From the NCBI GenBank assembly GCA_021414205.1, contig JAIOOW010000003.1, positions 195,370 to 259,369 on the forward strand: DNA of 64,000 bases. The letters run 5' to 3'. This DNA comes from Candidatus Anderseniibacteriota bacterium. GTDB taxonomy: Bacteria; Patescibacteriota; Andersenbacteria; UBA10190. The notes under the pieces are model-generated. The model was not told the origin of the DNA. It saw nothing but the letters and a program-made list of their open reading frames with translations, and made no database searches. Positions 39,189-49,351 of the stretch are shown in pieces (position 1 is the first letter of the stretch; each line of letters begins with the position of its first letter). A program made the translations under genes and the position numbers.

Positions 39189-40270
39189 CCTACCGCGGCT
39201 AATCGTAATTCTCGATCGGCGTTGCGGATATCGGTGAAAATTGGATCCAGCGCCCCTTCCATAATAAGTTCGATACCGCTCCAGGATTGTTTAATTCTGT
39301 GGTCCGTAATTCGGTCTTGCGGGAAGTTGTATGTGCGGATTTTTTCAGAACGATCTGCCGTTCCAATTTGCGCCTTGCGGGCAGATGCTTCTTTAGCATG
39401 GATTTCCTCTTCTCGTTTTGCCATAAGGCGAGCGCGCAAAAGGCTCATCGCCATTTCGCGATTTTTATGCTGACTTCGTTCATCTTGGCACGCCACTACC
39501 GTATTGGTCGGGATGTGGGTAATGCGGATTGCGGAGCTCGTTTTATTAACGTGCTGGCCTCCGGCACCACTCGCTCGATAGGTGTCGATACGCAAATCTT
39601 CAGGTTTAATTTCCATATCCACTTCTTCTGCTCTTGGCAGAATGGCCACGGTAATGGTTGATGTATGTACACGACCCATCTTTTCTGTAGTCGGGATTCG
39701 CTGTACGCGGTGTACGCCGCTTTCAAATTTTAAGTGGCCATAGACCTCGTCTCCTGAAATTTCGACAATTGCTTCTTTGATTCCGCCGTGCTCTCCTTCG
39801 GATTTGCTAATAGTGGATACTTTCCACCCCTTCACTTCTGCATAGCGAATATATGCGCGAAGGAGCTCCCCGGCAAAGAGACCCGCCTCATCTCCGCCTG
39901 CACCAGCTCTAATTTCCATGATAACGTCGCGGCTGTTTCGCGGATCTTCCGGAATGAGTAATTCTTCTAATTTTTTTTCTAATTCAGCTTTTTTAGTAGT
40001 TAACGTATTCACGTCGTCTTGGGCGAGCGCTTTCATTTCTTCGTCTGCATCAGGGGAATTCGCCAATTCAGTGCTTGCTTGCAGTTCGTCCGTAACATTT
40101 TTCAATTCTTGTCCAGCCTCAAGGACCTCTCGCGTATGGCGAAGTTTATGAGAAAGCTCTTTTATGATGCTGGACTGCTTCATGACAGCCGGGTCGCTCA
40201 TCTTTTGGGTAAGAGAGTCGATTTCGTCTTGCAATGCCTTTTCCGATGGAATATTCATAGGCGCCCGCAT
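39185..40270 (-). CDS. prfA: peptide chain release factor 1
   Basis: GGQ motif (SGAGGQHVNKT), PTT tripeptide anticodon motif (RF1-type). Confidence 0.9.
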   Translation of the reverse strand: MRAPMNIPSEKALQDEIDSLTQKMSDPAVMKQSSIIKELSHKLRHTREVLEAGQELKNVTDELQASTELANSPDADEEMKALAQDDVNTLTTKKAELEKKLEELLIPEDPRNSRDVIMEIRAGAGGDEAGLFAGELLRAYIRYAEVKGWKVSTISKSEGEHGGIKEAIVEISGDEVYGHLKFESGVHRVQRIPTTEKMGRVHTSTITVAILPRAEEVDMEIKPEDLRIDTYRASGAGGQHVNKTSSAIRITHIPTNTVVACQDERSQHKNREMAMSLLRARLMAKREEEIHAKEASARKAQIGTADRSEKIRTYNFPQDRITDHRIKQSWSGIELIMEGALDPIFTDIRNADRELRLAAVG

Positions 40271-40282
40271 GCGGGCCGAGAT

Positions 40283-40576
40283 CTACTTAGAAAGCTTTAC
40301 TTCAGCGTCTTTCTTGGTAGTCTTTTTCGGAGCTTTCTTTGCTTTTGCCTCTTTTTTCTGTGCTTTGAGGGTATCGGTTTCTTCCAGTCGCTTCTTGAAC
40401 TTATCAACACGGCCGGCAACGTCTACGAGCTTCTGCTTGCCTGTGTAGAATGGGTGGCAGTTAGAGCATACTTCAACGGAAATAGCTTCTTGAGTTGAGC
40501 CAGTTACAAAAGTGTTGCCACATGCGCAGGTGACAGTTACATCGGTAAAATAGGTTGGGTGGATATCGGTTTTCAT
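40283..40576 (-). CDS. rpmE: 50S ribosomal protein L31 with Lys-rich C-terminal extension
   Basis: MKTDIHPTY...CxC...[13 protein letters not shown] signature. Confidence 0.9.
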   Translation of the reverse strand: MKTDIHPTYFTDVTVTCACGNTFVTGSTQEAISVEVCSNCHPFYTGKQKLVDVAGRVDKFKKRLEETDTLKAQKKEAKAKKAPKKTTKKDAEVKLSK

Positions 40577-40639
40577 AGGATTTCATGAGTATAGGGTTTT
40601 CACTTGATTTTTGCAAGCATTTCTTCTATCATGTACTTT

Positions 40640-41362
40640 ATGTCTACTAAATTACAAGATTCACCAGTTCAATCACTCGTTCCTGACGTTGTTGCAATGT
40701 TGGAAGCCGGCGTGCATTTTGGGCACGAAAAGAGCAAGAGAAACCCTCGAATGGAGAAGTTTATCTATATGCACCGCAATAAGGTGGCGATTATCGACCT
40801 AAACTTCACTCGCGATGGATTGCAAAAAGCTGTTGCTTTTGTGAATGAAATCATGAAAAAGCCGAATGCGGAGATCCTGTTTGTAGGAACAAAGCGCCAA
40901 GCTCGGTCAATCGTGAAGAAGTATGCCGAAGAGGCCGGGATGCCGTATGTAACGCGCAGATGGCTTGGAGGAACACTTACGAACTTTACTACAATTCTAA
41001 AGAGCATCGAAAAGCTTCAGGAATTAAAGCGAACAGGCGAAGATAAGTCTCTAATCCGTCTTACGAAGAAAGAACGGGCAGTTCGACAAAAAGAGATTGA
41101 ACGACTGGAAAGCGTGCTTGAAGGCATGAAGAACGTACGATCTCTCCCAGCTGCGATTTTCGTAGCAGGGGCTCACGACGAACGCATTGCTGTTGCAGAA
41201 GCGCTTCGAGTAGGAATTCCTGTTATCGGTATTACAGATACGAACGCTGATCCAGCAACAGTAACAGTACCAATCCCAGCAAACGATGACGCAATTCGAT
41301 CATTAGAATTAATCACAAGCGTGATTTCTAAAGCGATTGTATCTGCGAGAGCATCAAAATAA
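40640..41362 (+). CDS. rpsB: 30S ribosomal protein S2
   Basis: MLEAGVHFGHEKSKRNPRM S2 signature; ORF track begins at TTG 40604, trimmed to ATG 40640. Confidence 0.9.
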   Translation: MSTKLQDSPVQSLVPDVVAMLEAGVHFGHEKSKRNPRMEKFIYMHRNKVAIIDLNFTRDGLQKAVAFVNEIMKKPNAEILFVGTKRQARSIVKKYAEEAGMPYVTRRWLGGTLTNFTTILKSIEKLQELKRTGEDKSLIRLTKKERAVRQKEIERLESVLEGMKNVRSLPAAIFVAGAHDERIAVAEALRVGIPVIGITDTNADPATVTVPIPANDDAIRSLELITSVISKAIVSARASK

Positions 41363-41397
41363 TTTAAGTAGTTTAGTTTTAGAAAGGAACAAAAAAT

Positions 41398-41985
41398 ATG
41401 GCAATTACAATGGAACAAATAAAAGATTTACGTACTCGAACGGGTGCGGGTGTTGTTGATGCAAAAGAGGCTCTTACTTCGAGCAACGGCGACATGGAAA
41501 AGGCAATTTTGTGGCTTCGCGAAAAAGGCAAAGCTACTGTTGCAAAGAAGTCTGCTCGAGAAACTCACGAAGGGGTAGTAGCTACTTATGTACACGGCAA
41601 CAAGAAAATGGCAGTACTCTTGGCGTTGCTCTGCGAGACTGACTTTGTGGCTCGAAATGAAAAATTCCAAGAATTAGCACAGAATATCGCAATGCATGTG
41701 GCAGCTTCTGATCCGCTTGTTGTAAAGCCAGAAGAGGTTTCTGACGCAGATGTGGAAGCAGAAAAAGTATTTGCTCAAGCTCAGCTAGAAAAAGAGGGCA
41801 AGCCTGCAGAAATGATCGAGAAGATCCTTGCTGGAAAAATGAAGAAATTTCGCGAAGAGCGAGCGCTTCTTACACAGGCATATGTGAAGGATCCGAAAAT
41901 GACGATTGAGCAGCTTCTTGCAGGGGCTGTTGCCGAAATGGGGGAAAATATCTCTATTCAAGAGTTCAAAAAGATCTCCATATAA
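41398..41985 (+). CDS. tsf: elongation factor Ts (short form)
   Basis: MAITMEQIKDLRTRTGAGVVDAKEAL UBA-like N-terminus; 195 aa. Confidence 0.9.
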   Translation: MAITMEQIKDLRTRTGAGVVDAKEALTSSNGDMEKAILWLREKGKATVAKKSARETHEGVVATYVHGNKKMAVLLALLCETDFVARNEKFQELAQNIAMHVAASDPLVVKPEEVSDADVEAEKVFAQAQLEKEGKPAEMIEKILAGKMKKFREERALLTQAYVKDPKMTIEQLLAGAVAEMGENISIQEFKKISI

Positions 41986-42010
41986 TAAAATCGTACAAAA
42001 ATAGCATGAA

Positions 42011-42035
42011 GGCCCCTTGGCGAGGGGCTTTTTGC
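42011..42035 (+). terminator. rho-independent terminator
   Basis: GCCCC-TTGGCGA-GGGGC then TTTTT. Confidence 0.5.
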
Positions 42036-42059
42036 TTGGTAGGATAAGCAGTAACTTCC

Positions 42060-43157
42060 ATGCTTTACGATATCTTACCGCCATTATTACTGTTGTTCTC
42101 GTTCGGGGGTATTATTGTCCTTATTGCGCGGGCTATGATGAAAGTGCGAGCGCGAGAGGTTCATGAAGAAATTCAGGCACATGTTGAATCCGATGCCCCT
42201 GTCCATGCGGAAACTGTGATTGGTCCGAATAAGGGTAATGTCCATGTTGCAAAGAATCGATTATTGCATGTTGGCGCTCTGCTTGGAGCTGGTATTGCAA
42301 AAATCGGCCCTGCCACAAAATCATTTATTGCATCATATAAAGCATCTGCGTTGGCGAAAAAAGAGCAGAAAGCTATTGCGAAAAAACCTCAAAAATTTGC
42401 AGCTCCTGTGCCAGCCAAGCAGACGGTTAATGACGTGAAGGAAAAAATAGCATCGGGTATGAAGGGGATTCAAATTCCGGAGGTAAGTATCCATGAAAAA
42501 ATTGAACAGTTTAGCGAAAAGGGGAAACAGGGATTCTCTTTTCTTCGCAACACTGTTGCGTCAAGAATTCCTCATGTAAAAAAGGGTATGCAAGCAGTTC
42601 GGGATCAGGTTGTTTCAAGTATGCCGGTCAGAAAACAAGCTGTTGCGACTGGCGCTGTGCCAACGCCTATTATTCGCCTTGTCCATCAAGAGTCTGTAAG
42701 CGAACCAAAGCGTGGAATTATGTCGCAAATGATGCAGCGCCCGAAAGAGGAGACCGTGCTTGAGAAGGCAGAGCGGATGATTAGCGAAAATAATTTTGAT
42801 TCTGCAGAAGACTTGCTTGTTCCGTATATTATGAAGCATGCAACAGACACAAAGGCATATATGCTATTAGGGCGCTCAGCAATGGGAAAGGGTTCTTGGG
42901 ATGAAGCCGTTGAAATATTCCAACAGGTATTGAAGATGAGTAACGAAGAGGTGGAGGCTCAGGCATTGCTTGGGCACTGCGCGCTGCAGGCCGGGAAATT
43001 TACGATGGCAATGCAAGCACTGCAGAGAGCGCGAGATAATGATCCGGAAAACATCAGCATTCGAGAAGATTTGTTATTTATTGCGCGAAGAATGGATAAT
43101 AAGGTTGTAGTACGAGGGGTTTTGGAAGAATTGGAAGCGTTGAAACAGAAAAGCTAA
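42060..43157 (+). CDS. hypothetical N-terminally anchored TPR-repeat protein
   Basis: N-terminal TM; C-terminal TPR-like helical repeats. Confidence 0.6.
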   Translation: MLYDILPPLLLLFSFGGIIVLIARAMMKVRAREVHEEIQAHVESDAPVHAETVIGPNKGNVHVAKNRLLHVGALLGAGIAKIGPATKSFIASYKASALAKKEQKAIAKKPQKFAAPVPAKQTVNDVKEKIASGMKGIQIPEVSIHEKIEQFSEKGKQGFSFLRNTVASRIPHVKKGMQAVRDQVVSSMPVRKQAVATGAVPTPIIRLVHQESVSEPKRGIMSQMMQRPKEETVLEKAERMISENNFDSAEDLLVPYIMKHATDTKAYMLLGRSAMGKGSWDEAVEIFQQVLKMSNEEVEAQALLGHCALQAGKFTMAMQALQRARDNDPENISIREDLLFIARRMDNKVVVRGVLEELEALKQKS

Positions 43158-43177
43158 AGATTTGTTCCGGGGCGGAT

Positions 43178-44128
43178 ATGGGGAATGTTCCAGAAGAGCA
43201 ATCGGTAGTGCTGAGTATATGCATACCTACATACAATAGGCCAAATCAATTGCGAAGGCTTTTGCAAAGCATTCGCGCTCAATACGATAATAGAATAGAA
43301 GTTGTGATTGGTGACGATGGCAATGCCGAGGATACGAAGAAAGTATTGCAGGAATTTTCCGACATCCGCATCGTATATTTTATTAATGAGCCGAGGAAAG
43401 GCTTTGCGCAAAACCTTCTTGCAGTTTCTTGGAAGGCAGTGGGGGAATATATATGGTGGATAAGCGATGATGACCAGGTAGCTGAAGGAGCGCTAGGCAG
43501 AGTATTTGAACATCTTAAGATGCACCCGCCGATTCTTTGGGTGAATGCGGAATCGGGAATTAATCCAGGTGGTGAGTTTAAAAAAAATGCGACTGATGGA
43601 TATCTGCCCTCGAAGGACGCCGGATTGGAGGAAATTGGTACGCTTCTTACGTTCATATCTTCCATCATATTTCAGAAAGAGAAATTACTTGCGCTCAATC
43701 AGGATGAGCTTCGGCAATTTGAACATTCTTCATTTGTGAACTTTGCTATAGTGGCAATGATTATGCTGACATGCGGACCCATATATTGTATTGCGAAGCC
43801 GTGCGTAATTGCGCATTGGGATTTCGCCAGCGACCCTTGGAAGAATAAGTTCCGAACGTTTGGAATCGATTTTCTAGACGTGATGAATCACTTTAAGGAT
43901 AGATTCTCTTCGCGTGCATATCGAGCGATTGTCGGTTCCATGTTCTCGTTTTCTTGGAGGGTTGCGCTTGGGGAAAGGTTTCGCAGTGGAAATTCTTTGC
44001 ATCAGTTTATGATGCCGATGATACGGCGCTATTGGTCCTACCCTGAAATACTATTGGCCGTACCTTTGTTTCTTATGCCTCGGTTCGGTATTGTTTTGTT
44101 ATATCGTTTATATGGCCGGCTACAGTAA
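43178..44128 (+). CDS. family 2 glycosyltransferase
   Basis: LSICIPTYNRPNQL...EVVIGDDGNAED (GT-A, DxD). Confidence 0.8.
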   Translation: MGNVPEEQSVVLSICIPTYNRPNQLRRLLQSIRAQYDNRIEVVIGDDGNAEDTKKVLQEFSDIRIVYFINEPRKGFAQNLLAVSWKAVGEYIWWISDDDQVAEGALGRVFEHLKMHPPILWVNAESGINPGGEFKKNATDGYLPSKDAGLEEIGTLLTFISSIIFQKEKLLALNQDELRQFEHSSFVNFAIVAMIMLTCGPIYCIAKPCVIAHWDFASDPWKNKFRTFGIDFLDVMNHFKDRFSSRAYRAIVGSMFSFSWRVALGERFRSGNSLHQFMMPMIRRYWSYPEILLAVPLFLMPRFGIVLLYRLYGRLQ

Positions 44129-46361
44129 GCATATTCGCATATACGGGGTCTGGGGAATTTTGGTAGTGGTATTTGTCGCTGCATTCTTTCCGATAAGCGT
44201 GCTACGCGTTCAGGACGCTCCAAAAGAAGACGAAAAGTATGTTCGTCGTATATATGATAATCACACAGTCGGACAAGTCTTTCGTCATGACTATTACAGC
44301 ATCAGCAAGCTTGCCGTATTGGTTCGAGCAGATGCTCCTCATAGTGCGACGCTGATTGCACGAAATGGTGAGGGGAAAGAGGTGGGAAGGGAGAATATAG
44401 ACCTCACTACCGAGGATCAATGGGTTGAATTTACGTTTAAAAAATCTTTGAAGAAAGGTACGGATACCATATTCTTTTCGACGATATCCGGAACGCGCAT
44501 GAGGCAGTCAATTCTTATGCGATACCAGATAGACTCTGACTTATACTCCGAGGGCAACATGGTTGTTGATGGCAAAGATTCCTATGGGGATATAGCATTT
44601 CAAGTTACTGAAACATCGCCAGCATGGAGGGCTCTGCTTGTATGGGGGCAAGTGAATGGAACCAGTGCACAGCGCGCCGCACTATTTTTAGTGGAAGGAG
44701 CGATATGTGCCGCAGCGGTATTTGGATTATTGCAGATACGCTTTAGGGCGCATAGGCAATTTCGCAGATATATTCCAAGCGTTGCACTATTCGTATGCAC
44801 AGTGTTTATGTGCGCACCCTATGCGCACCTACTGAATGGTGTGTTCGGAGGAGACGCGTTTAATTATATGGATAAAGCGTTTGCACTGATACACGGCCAG
44901 GATCCGTTTGCGGCAGATGCGAGGAAGGGTCCATTTTTCTCGCTTCTCCTTATTCCCGGACTCTTTTTACCAGACCCTCTTGTTTGGTCGCGGTGGGTCG
45001 GCATTGTTGCGGCGGGGCTCGTTGCCGGCTTGGTTCCGCTCGTTGCGCGCAGAATGGGTATTGGGTGGCCTGTTGCCACCATGGCTGGCGTTTTTGTTGC
45101 GGAAAATAGTTTTTTACTATTCGAAGCTCCGGACGCGCTGGCAATGACCACGTTTACGTTCTTGATTCTGCTGTGCGTGTACTCCTTCTTGAGTATAAAG
45201 AAAAATGGCAAATTTCTTTGGGTATTGGCTATTGCGTCTGGTTTAACTATGCTGACGCGGTTTGAGGGCGCATTAGTGGGGGCGATATTATTGCCCGCGG
45301 CGTGGATTCGGTATCGAATTTCTTGGAGAAATATATTATGGCCGATTGTAGTTGCCATACTCATTATGGCATTGCCGTTATCGTCGTATATTATTTCCGG
45401 CAAATCCGGCATTCGAACGGCTCAGGATATTCAAAACGATGACGGCTTATTTTTGGTTCACTCGATTCATGACAAGCAGCTCGAGTTGAATATTCAGCGA
45501 TCGTACGAATTTTTTACAAACGTATTTATTGAAAAGGGGACGAATATGAATATTGCGTTGTATTTGGTAGCAGGGGTATTGATCGGCATTCTTCTTGTGC
45601 TTACTCGACGCTATATGCCGCGTATTTCTTCTCAAGTACTGGGCGCTATCGGAATATGCTCTGCGGTAGTATTCTTGTTTGCCCTTGCAATGAATAATGA
45701 AGTGAATAAGTACATGCTCGTTGCGCTGCTGTACATGCTGACGGGCATCGGAATTGCATTCTTTGTACAAAAAAAACCGATAGAAGGCATCGCTATTCTG
45801 TTTGCAATTGCGTCGCAAGTTGCAGTAATTATTTGGATTTTACCGAAGACGAGATATTTCTTGCCAACAATACCGTTTTTATATCTATTTCTTGCGTATG
45901 GAATTTATTCGCTTGCAAGAAGTAAGAAGAGGATAGTTCAGTTTGTAGTTCTCGTTATATTAAGTACTGCAGGCATATATTTCTACCAAGACGAGCAGAA
46001 ATATTTGGAAAAAGATGTTGAAGCATATAATAACAAAGCATTTGAAACGGACGTATTGGTAAAGGCTTTGATCGATTTACGATCAAGTAAGCAATCAGTT
46101 GCTGTAGAAAGTTTGGACGATTTGGCAGTTCGTATGTATGTGGCACCCGAAAAATTATTTTATATTCAGTTGAATCAAACTTCGGATATCGCGCAGCAGG
46201 AGTTGCAGTTTATCCAAGGTAATCACATCCACTTTTTATTGAAGCGTGAAGATTCTGACGACTGGCAAATAGCGCAGAAAAATCCGGAACTATTTAGTGA
46301 TCCAAAAATCTACACGACGAAAAACGGTGATGCAAAAGTCTTAGTATATACAGTAAAATAG
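44112..46361 (+). CDS. large polytopic membrane protein, GT-C-like (ArnT/PMT-type glycosyltransferase fold, inferred)
   Basis: >12 predicted TM helices; first loop DAFNYMDKA (DE/DxD-like motif of GT-C enzymes); overlaps GT2 stop. Confidence 0.55.
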   Translation: MAGYSKHIRIYGVWGILVVVFVAAFFPISVLRVQDAPKEDEKYVRRIYDNHTVGQVFRHDYYSISKLAVLVRADAPHSATLIARNGEGKEVGRENIDLTTEDQWVEFTFKKSLKKGTDTIFFSTISGTRMRQSILMRYQIDSDLYSEGNMVVDGKDSYGDIAFQVTETSPAWRALLVWGQVNGTSAQRAALFLVEGAICAAAVFGLLQIRFRAHRQFRRYIPSVALFVCTVFMCAPYAHLLNGVFGGDAFNYMDKAFALIHGQDPFAADARKGPFFSLLLIPGLFLPDPLVWSRWVGIVAAGLVAGLVPLVARRMGIGWPVATMAGVFVAENSFLLFEAPDALAMTTFTFLILLCVYSFLSIKKNGKFLWVLAIASGLTMLTRFEGALVGAILLPAAWIRYRISWRNILWPIVVAILIMALPLSSYIISGKSGIRTAQDIQNDDGLFLVHSIHDKQLELNIQRSYEFFTNVFIEKGTNMNIALYLVAGVLIGILLVLTRRYMPRISSQVLGAIGICSAVVFLFALAMNNEVNKYMLVALLYMLTGIGIAFFVQKKPIEGIAILFAIASQVAVIIWILPKTRYFLPTIPFLYLFLAYGIYSLARSKKRIVQFVVLVILSTAGIYFYQDEQKYLEKDVEAYNNKAFETDVLVKALIDLRSSKQSVAVESLDDLAVRMYVAPEKLFYIQLNQTSDIAQQELQFIQGNHIHFLLKREDSDDWQIAQKNPELFSDPKIYTTKNGDAKVLVYTVK

Positions 46362-46443
46362 GTTTGCAAAAAGGAAGTGTTCGTTGTATATAACAAGTGG
46401 TTGTTATGGTGCACATTTAAGTAGATTTCAGGAGGGCATTCTC

Positions 46444-47217
46444 ATGTATGAACGATTCACTGATCGCGCGCTCAAGGTGATGCAGTTGGCCAATGAAGAA
46501 GCTCAGCGGTTCAATCACGAGTATATTGGTACTGAGCACATTCTCCTCGGTATTATACGGGAGGGAGGCGGTATCGCTTTTGTGATTCTCGGCGGGTTTG
46601 GGGTTGATTTGCAAAAGGTTCGGCTCGAAGTTGAAAAACTTGTTCAGTCGGCATCAGAAGATATGGCTACGATTGGAAGGCTTCCCCAAACTCCGCGTGC
46701 AAAGAGGGTTATTGAGTTTGCGATGGAAGAGGCTAGGGGATTTGATCACAAGCACATTGGCACTGAGCATTTACTGCTTGGGCTCATTCGCGAAGCAGAG
46801 GGTGTGGGAGGGCAAGCGTTGCTTAACCTTGGTCTGGAGCTCGACGTGGTTCGGCAATGTGTTCTTCAAGCAATTGCTTATGGTGAGCATGGTACTGTAT
46901 CGTCTCCGATACCATTTAGCGCTCGCATTATGTGTTGCAAGATATTGTTCGAGTTTGACGAATTGATAAGTGAGCTCGACACAGAGGTGTTTCGTTCTGC
47001 TAGGCGTGAATGGATCACTGACAACGATGTTCAGTTACGTTGGGCGAAACACGAGGATTTTCAGCCGGCCGTTAAAGTTCATCGCGACACTCTTTTGAGG
47101 CTGAGGAATGATACGGCAAAGGCTATTGGTTTTGGTCCGCGAGAGGCGCACAGTTTCTTTCCTCGGGACTATGCGGTAACGCCAATGGGGTATCTATTGC
47201 CTCTGAAACCCATGTGA
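46444..47217 (+). CDS. standalone Clp N-terminal (Clp_N/R) repeat domain protein with unknown C-terminal domain
   Basis: MYERFTDRALKV...YIGTEHILLGIIRE and second repeat HIGTEHLLLGLIRE; no AAA+ module; AGGAGGG SD. Confidence 0.75.
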   Translation: MYERFTDRALKVMQLANEEAQRFNHEYIGTEHILLGIIREGGGIAFVILGGFGVDLQKVRLEVEKLVQSASEDMATIGRLPQTPRAKRVIEFAMEEARGFDHKHIGTEHLLLGLIREAEGVGGQALLNLGLELDVVRQCVLQAIAYGEHGTVSSPIPFSARIMCCKILFEFDELISELDTEVFRSARREWITDNDVQLRWAKHEDFQPAVKVHRDTLLRLRNDTAKAIGFGPREAHSFFPRDYAVTPMGYLLPLKPM

Positions 47218-47288
47218 AATTTGAAGGTTGCTTGGTGATCCAGGCAACCTTTTTAATATCGCTATAAAATAGCTGATATACTTACAAG

Positions 47289-49346
47289 GTGATTCTTCAT
47301 CTTAGGAATATTTGGCTTTGGATAGCAGGGGTTATTATTGCGGTCGCGGGCATTATATTATTTTTATTCTATGCGCCGTATTTAGGGGCTGTTTCGTATT
47401 TGCACCAGGGATTTTATATAGCATCACCGGATGTTCTGGTGGCAGGAGTCGTTAACACCATCACCTGGTCGGTAAGTGATACGAATGCGACAAAGTACCC
47501 TACGGAAAAAGTAGAGGTTTGCCGCGGAGCTCTGCCCGATCAGGGCTGTGTTTTAATTGCGGATGTTGTAAAAAATAATCGCAGTGCCCAAGCAATGGTT
47601 CCAATCACGATTCCTCGAGGGGTGGCATACTTGCGCATGACGGCGCGCGACGCTGCTGGGCAGCTCGTTTTAGGCGCTTCTTCTGCAAAAATGATTACTG
47701 TTGTGTCGTCGACTACAGTAGGGGCTGGCGATACGGTGCAGGCACTTTGGAAAAGAGATACAAGATATTCCGCGGTAAAAATAGAATTTTGTATTGCATC
47801 TAGTCCGACTGCAAAATGTATTACTCTTGCGTCGAAGATTGCAAATTCAGGAAGTGCAAAAATTACCGTACCGAAGGGTATCGTAAAGTCTGATGGATAC
47901 ATTGTGGTGCATAATCGTACGCTTGGTGGACTTCTCGTTTCTGGAAGTTCCCAATATGGATCAGCAAAAATTCTGCAAACGGCAAAACCAATCGCTGCTA
48001 CTGCAAGTTCTAGCGACGGAGGTTCTGGTGGTGGAGGAGGGTCTAACGATGGCGGCGGATCGAATGATCAAGGGCCTATAGATACTCCCGTAGTGACTGC
48101 GGAACCAACTCCAACGCCTGGGCCAACAGATAGCCCCGTACCTACGGACACGCCGAACCCTACAGAAACACCAACTCCTACCCCGAGCCAGACAGTCGAG
48201 CCGACCGTAACGCCAGAGATGAGCCCAACGCCAACAGCGGAACCGACATCTACGCCTACGCCGACCGTATCTCCAACAACAACGCCCACTAGTACTCCGA
48301 CAATGAGCCCGAGCCCTACGCCGAGCCCAACGCCATTTATAAGTTCGATTGCATGTAACGGCATAAACGTAAAAGATTACGGAGTGCTTGGTGACGGAAA
48401 GGCAGATGATACGGAAGCGATTAAAAAATCATTAAATGCTCCGGGCACCACTCTTTGTTTTCCTGCTGGGATTTACAGGATATCTGCTGAACTGAATTTG
48501 AGCGCACATCCAACTGTTATTAGTGACGCTGGCGCAATTATTGAGCAAACGTGTTCTACGTGCATTAGCTTCACGTTTTCGGGTCCATATGAAGTATTTA
48601 TACGCGGTATGAAATTCTTAGGCGGAAGGAATCAGATTGCATTTACGAATGACGGAAGTAAAAATTCTTCGTTACATATTATAGACTCTGAATTTCAGGC
48701 TTCGACTGGATATGCGGTTGCTGGCACTTCGGGGAATGTATTACCCGGAACTTTAAAGATTGAGCGTTCAAAGTTTGTGAATGGTAGAAAGGTTCTGCGT
48801 AATTCGTTTGCGTCTGCAACGGTGCAGGACACCTGGGTATCAGTAGGAAACAAGAATTTTGATACAGATTCTGCAGCATTTTGGAATATATCCGGAGCAT
48901 CGCTTGTATTTGATAATATGATGGGCACGCCGGCAATGGGCGAATCAACGGATCGCTTAAGTGCTGTTCGATGGGTGGATAATTATGGAATATTTCAGGC
49001 TCTACAAAGTAGGTTTGGAGGGGAAGCAGGGGGTATGCCGATTGTGTATCAGTATGCTGGGGGAAGCACAGGGGTTACGATTCGGGATTCTCAAATATCT
49101 TCTGGTCCGGGATTACAGAAAGATTCCGCGGTAATTGTGACAAAAAGCGCAGTGCCGGATACCGTAGCTATCTCGGGAGCGAATTTCTTAATTGAAGCTC
49201 CATATATTCTTGCTCAGGCTTTTGACATTGCAAAGTATGTGGTAGGACATTCTGGGCTGCATATTAACCTTGATGCAAACATGGCGTATCCGAGTTCCCC
49301 AGATATTCCGTCTGTGCTTGAGAAGTTTACTATAAGAAAGAAATAG
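47289..49346 (+). CDS. secreted right-handed beta-helix (pectate-lyase-fold, Pectate_lyase_3-like) protein with PT-rich linker
   Basis: N-terminal TM/signal; PTPTP linker; NVKDYGVLGDGKADDTEAI beta-helix signature. Confidence 0.65.
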   Translation: MILHLRNIWLWIAGVIIAVAGIILFLFYAPYLGAVSYLHQGFYIASPDVLVAGVVNTITWSVSDTNATKYPTEKVEVCRGALPDQGCVLIADVVKNNRSAQAMVPITIPRGVAYLRMTARDAAGQLVLGASSAKMITVVSSTTVGAGDTVQALWKRDTRYSAVKIEFCIASSPTAKCITLASKIANSGSAKITVPKGIVKSDGYIVVHNRTLGGLLVSGSSQYGSAKILQTAKPIAATASSSDGGSGGGGGSNDGGGSNDQGPIDTPVVTAEPTPTPGPTDSPVPTDTPNPTETPTPTPSQTVEPTVTPEMSPTPTAEPTSTPTPTVSPTTTPTSTPTMSPSPTPSPTPFISSIACNGINVKDYGVLGDGKADDTEAIKKSLNAPGTTLCFPAGIYRISAELNLSAHPTVISDAGAIIEQTCSTCISFTFSGPYEVFIRGMKFLGGRNQIAFTNDGSKNSSLHIIDSEFQASTGYAVAGTSGNVLPGTLKIERSKFVNGRKVLRNSFASATVQDTWVSVGNKNFDTDSAAFWNISGASLVFDNMMGTPAMGESTDRLSAVRWVDNYGIFQALQSRFGGEAGGMPIVYQYAGGSTGVTIRDSQISSGPGLQKDSAVIVTKSAVPDTVAISGANFLIEAPYILAQAFDIAKYVVGHSGLHINLDANMAYPSSPDIPSVLEKFTIRKK

Positions 49347-49351
49347 AAAAT

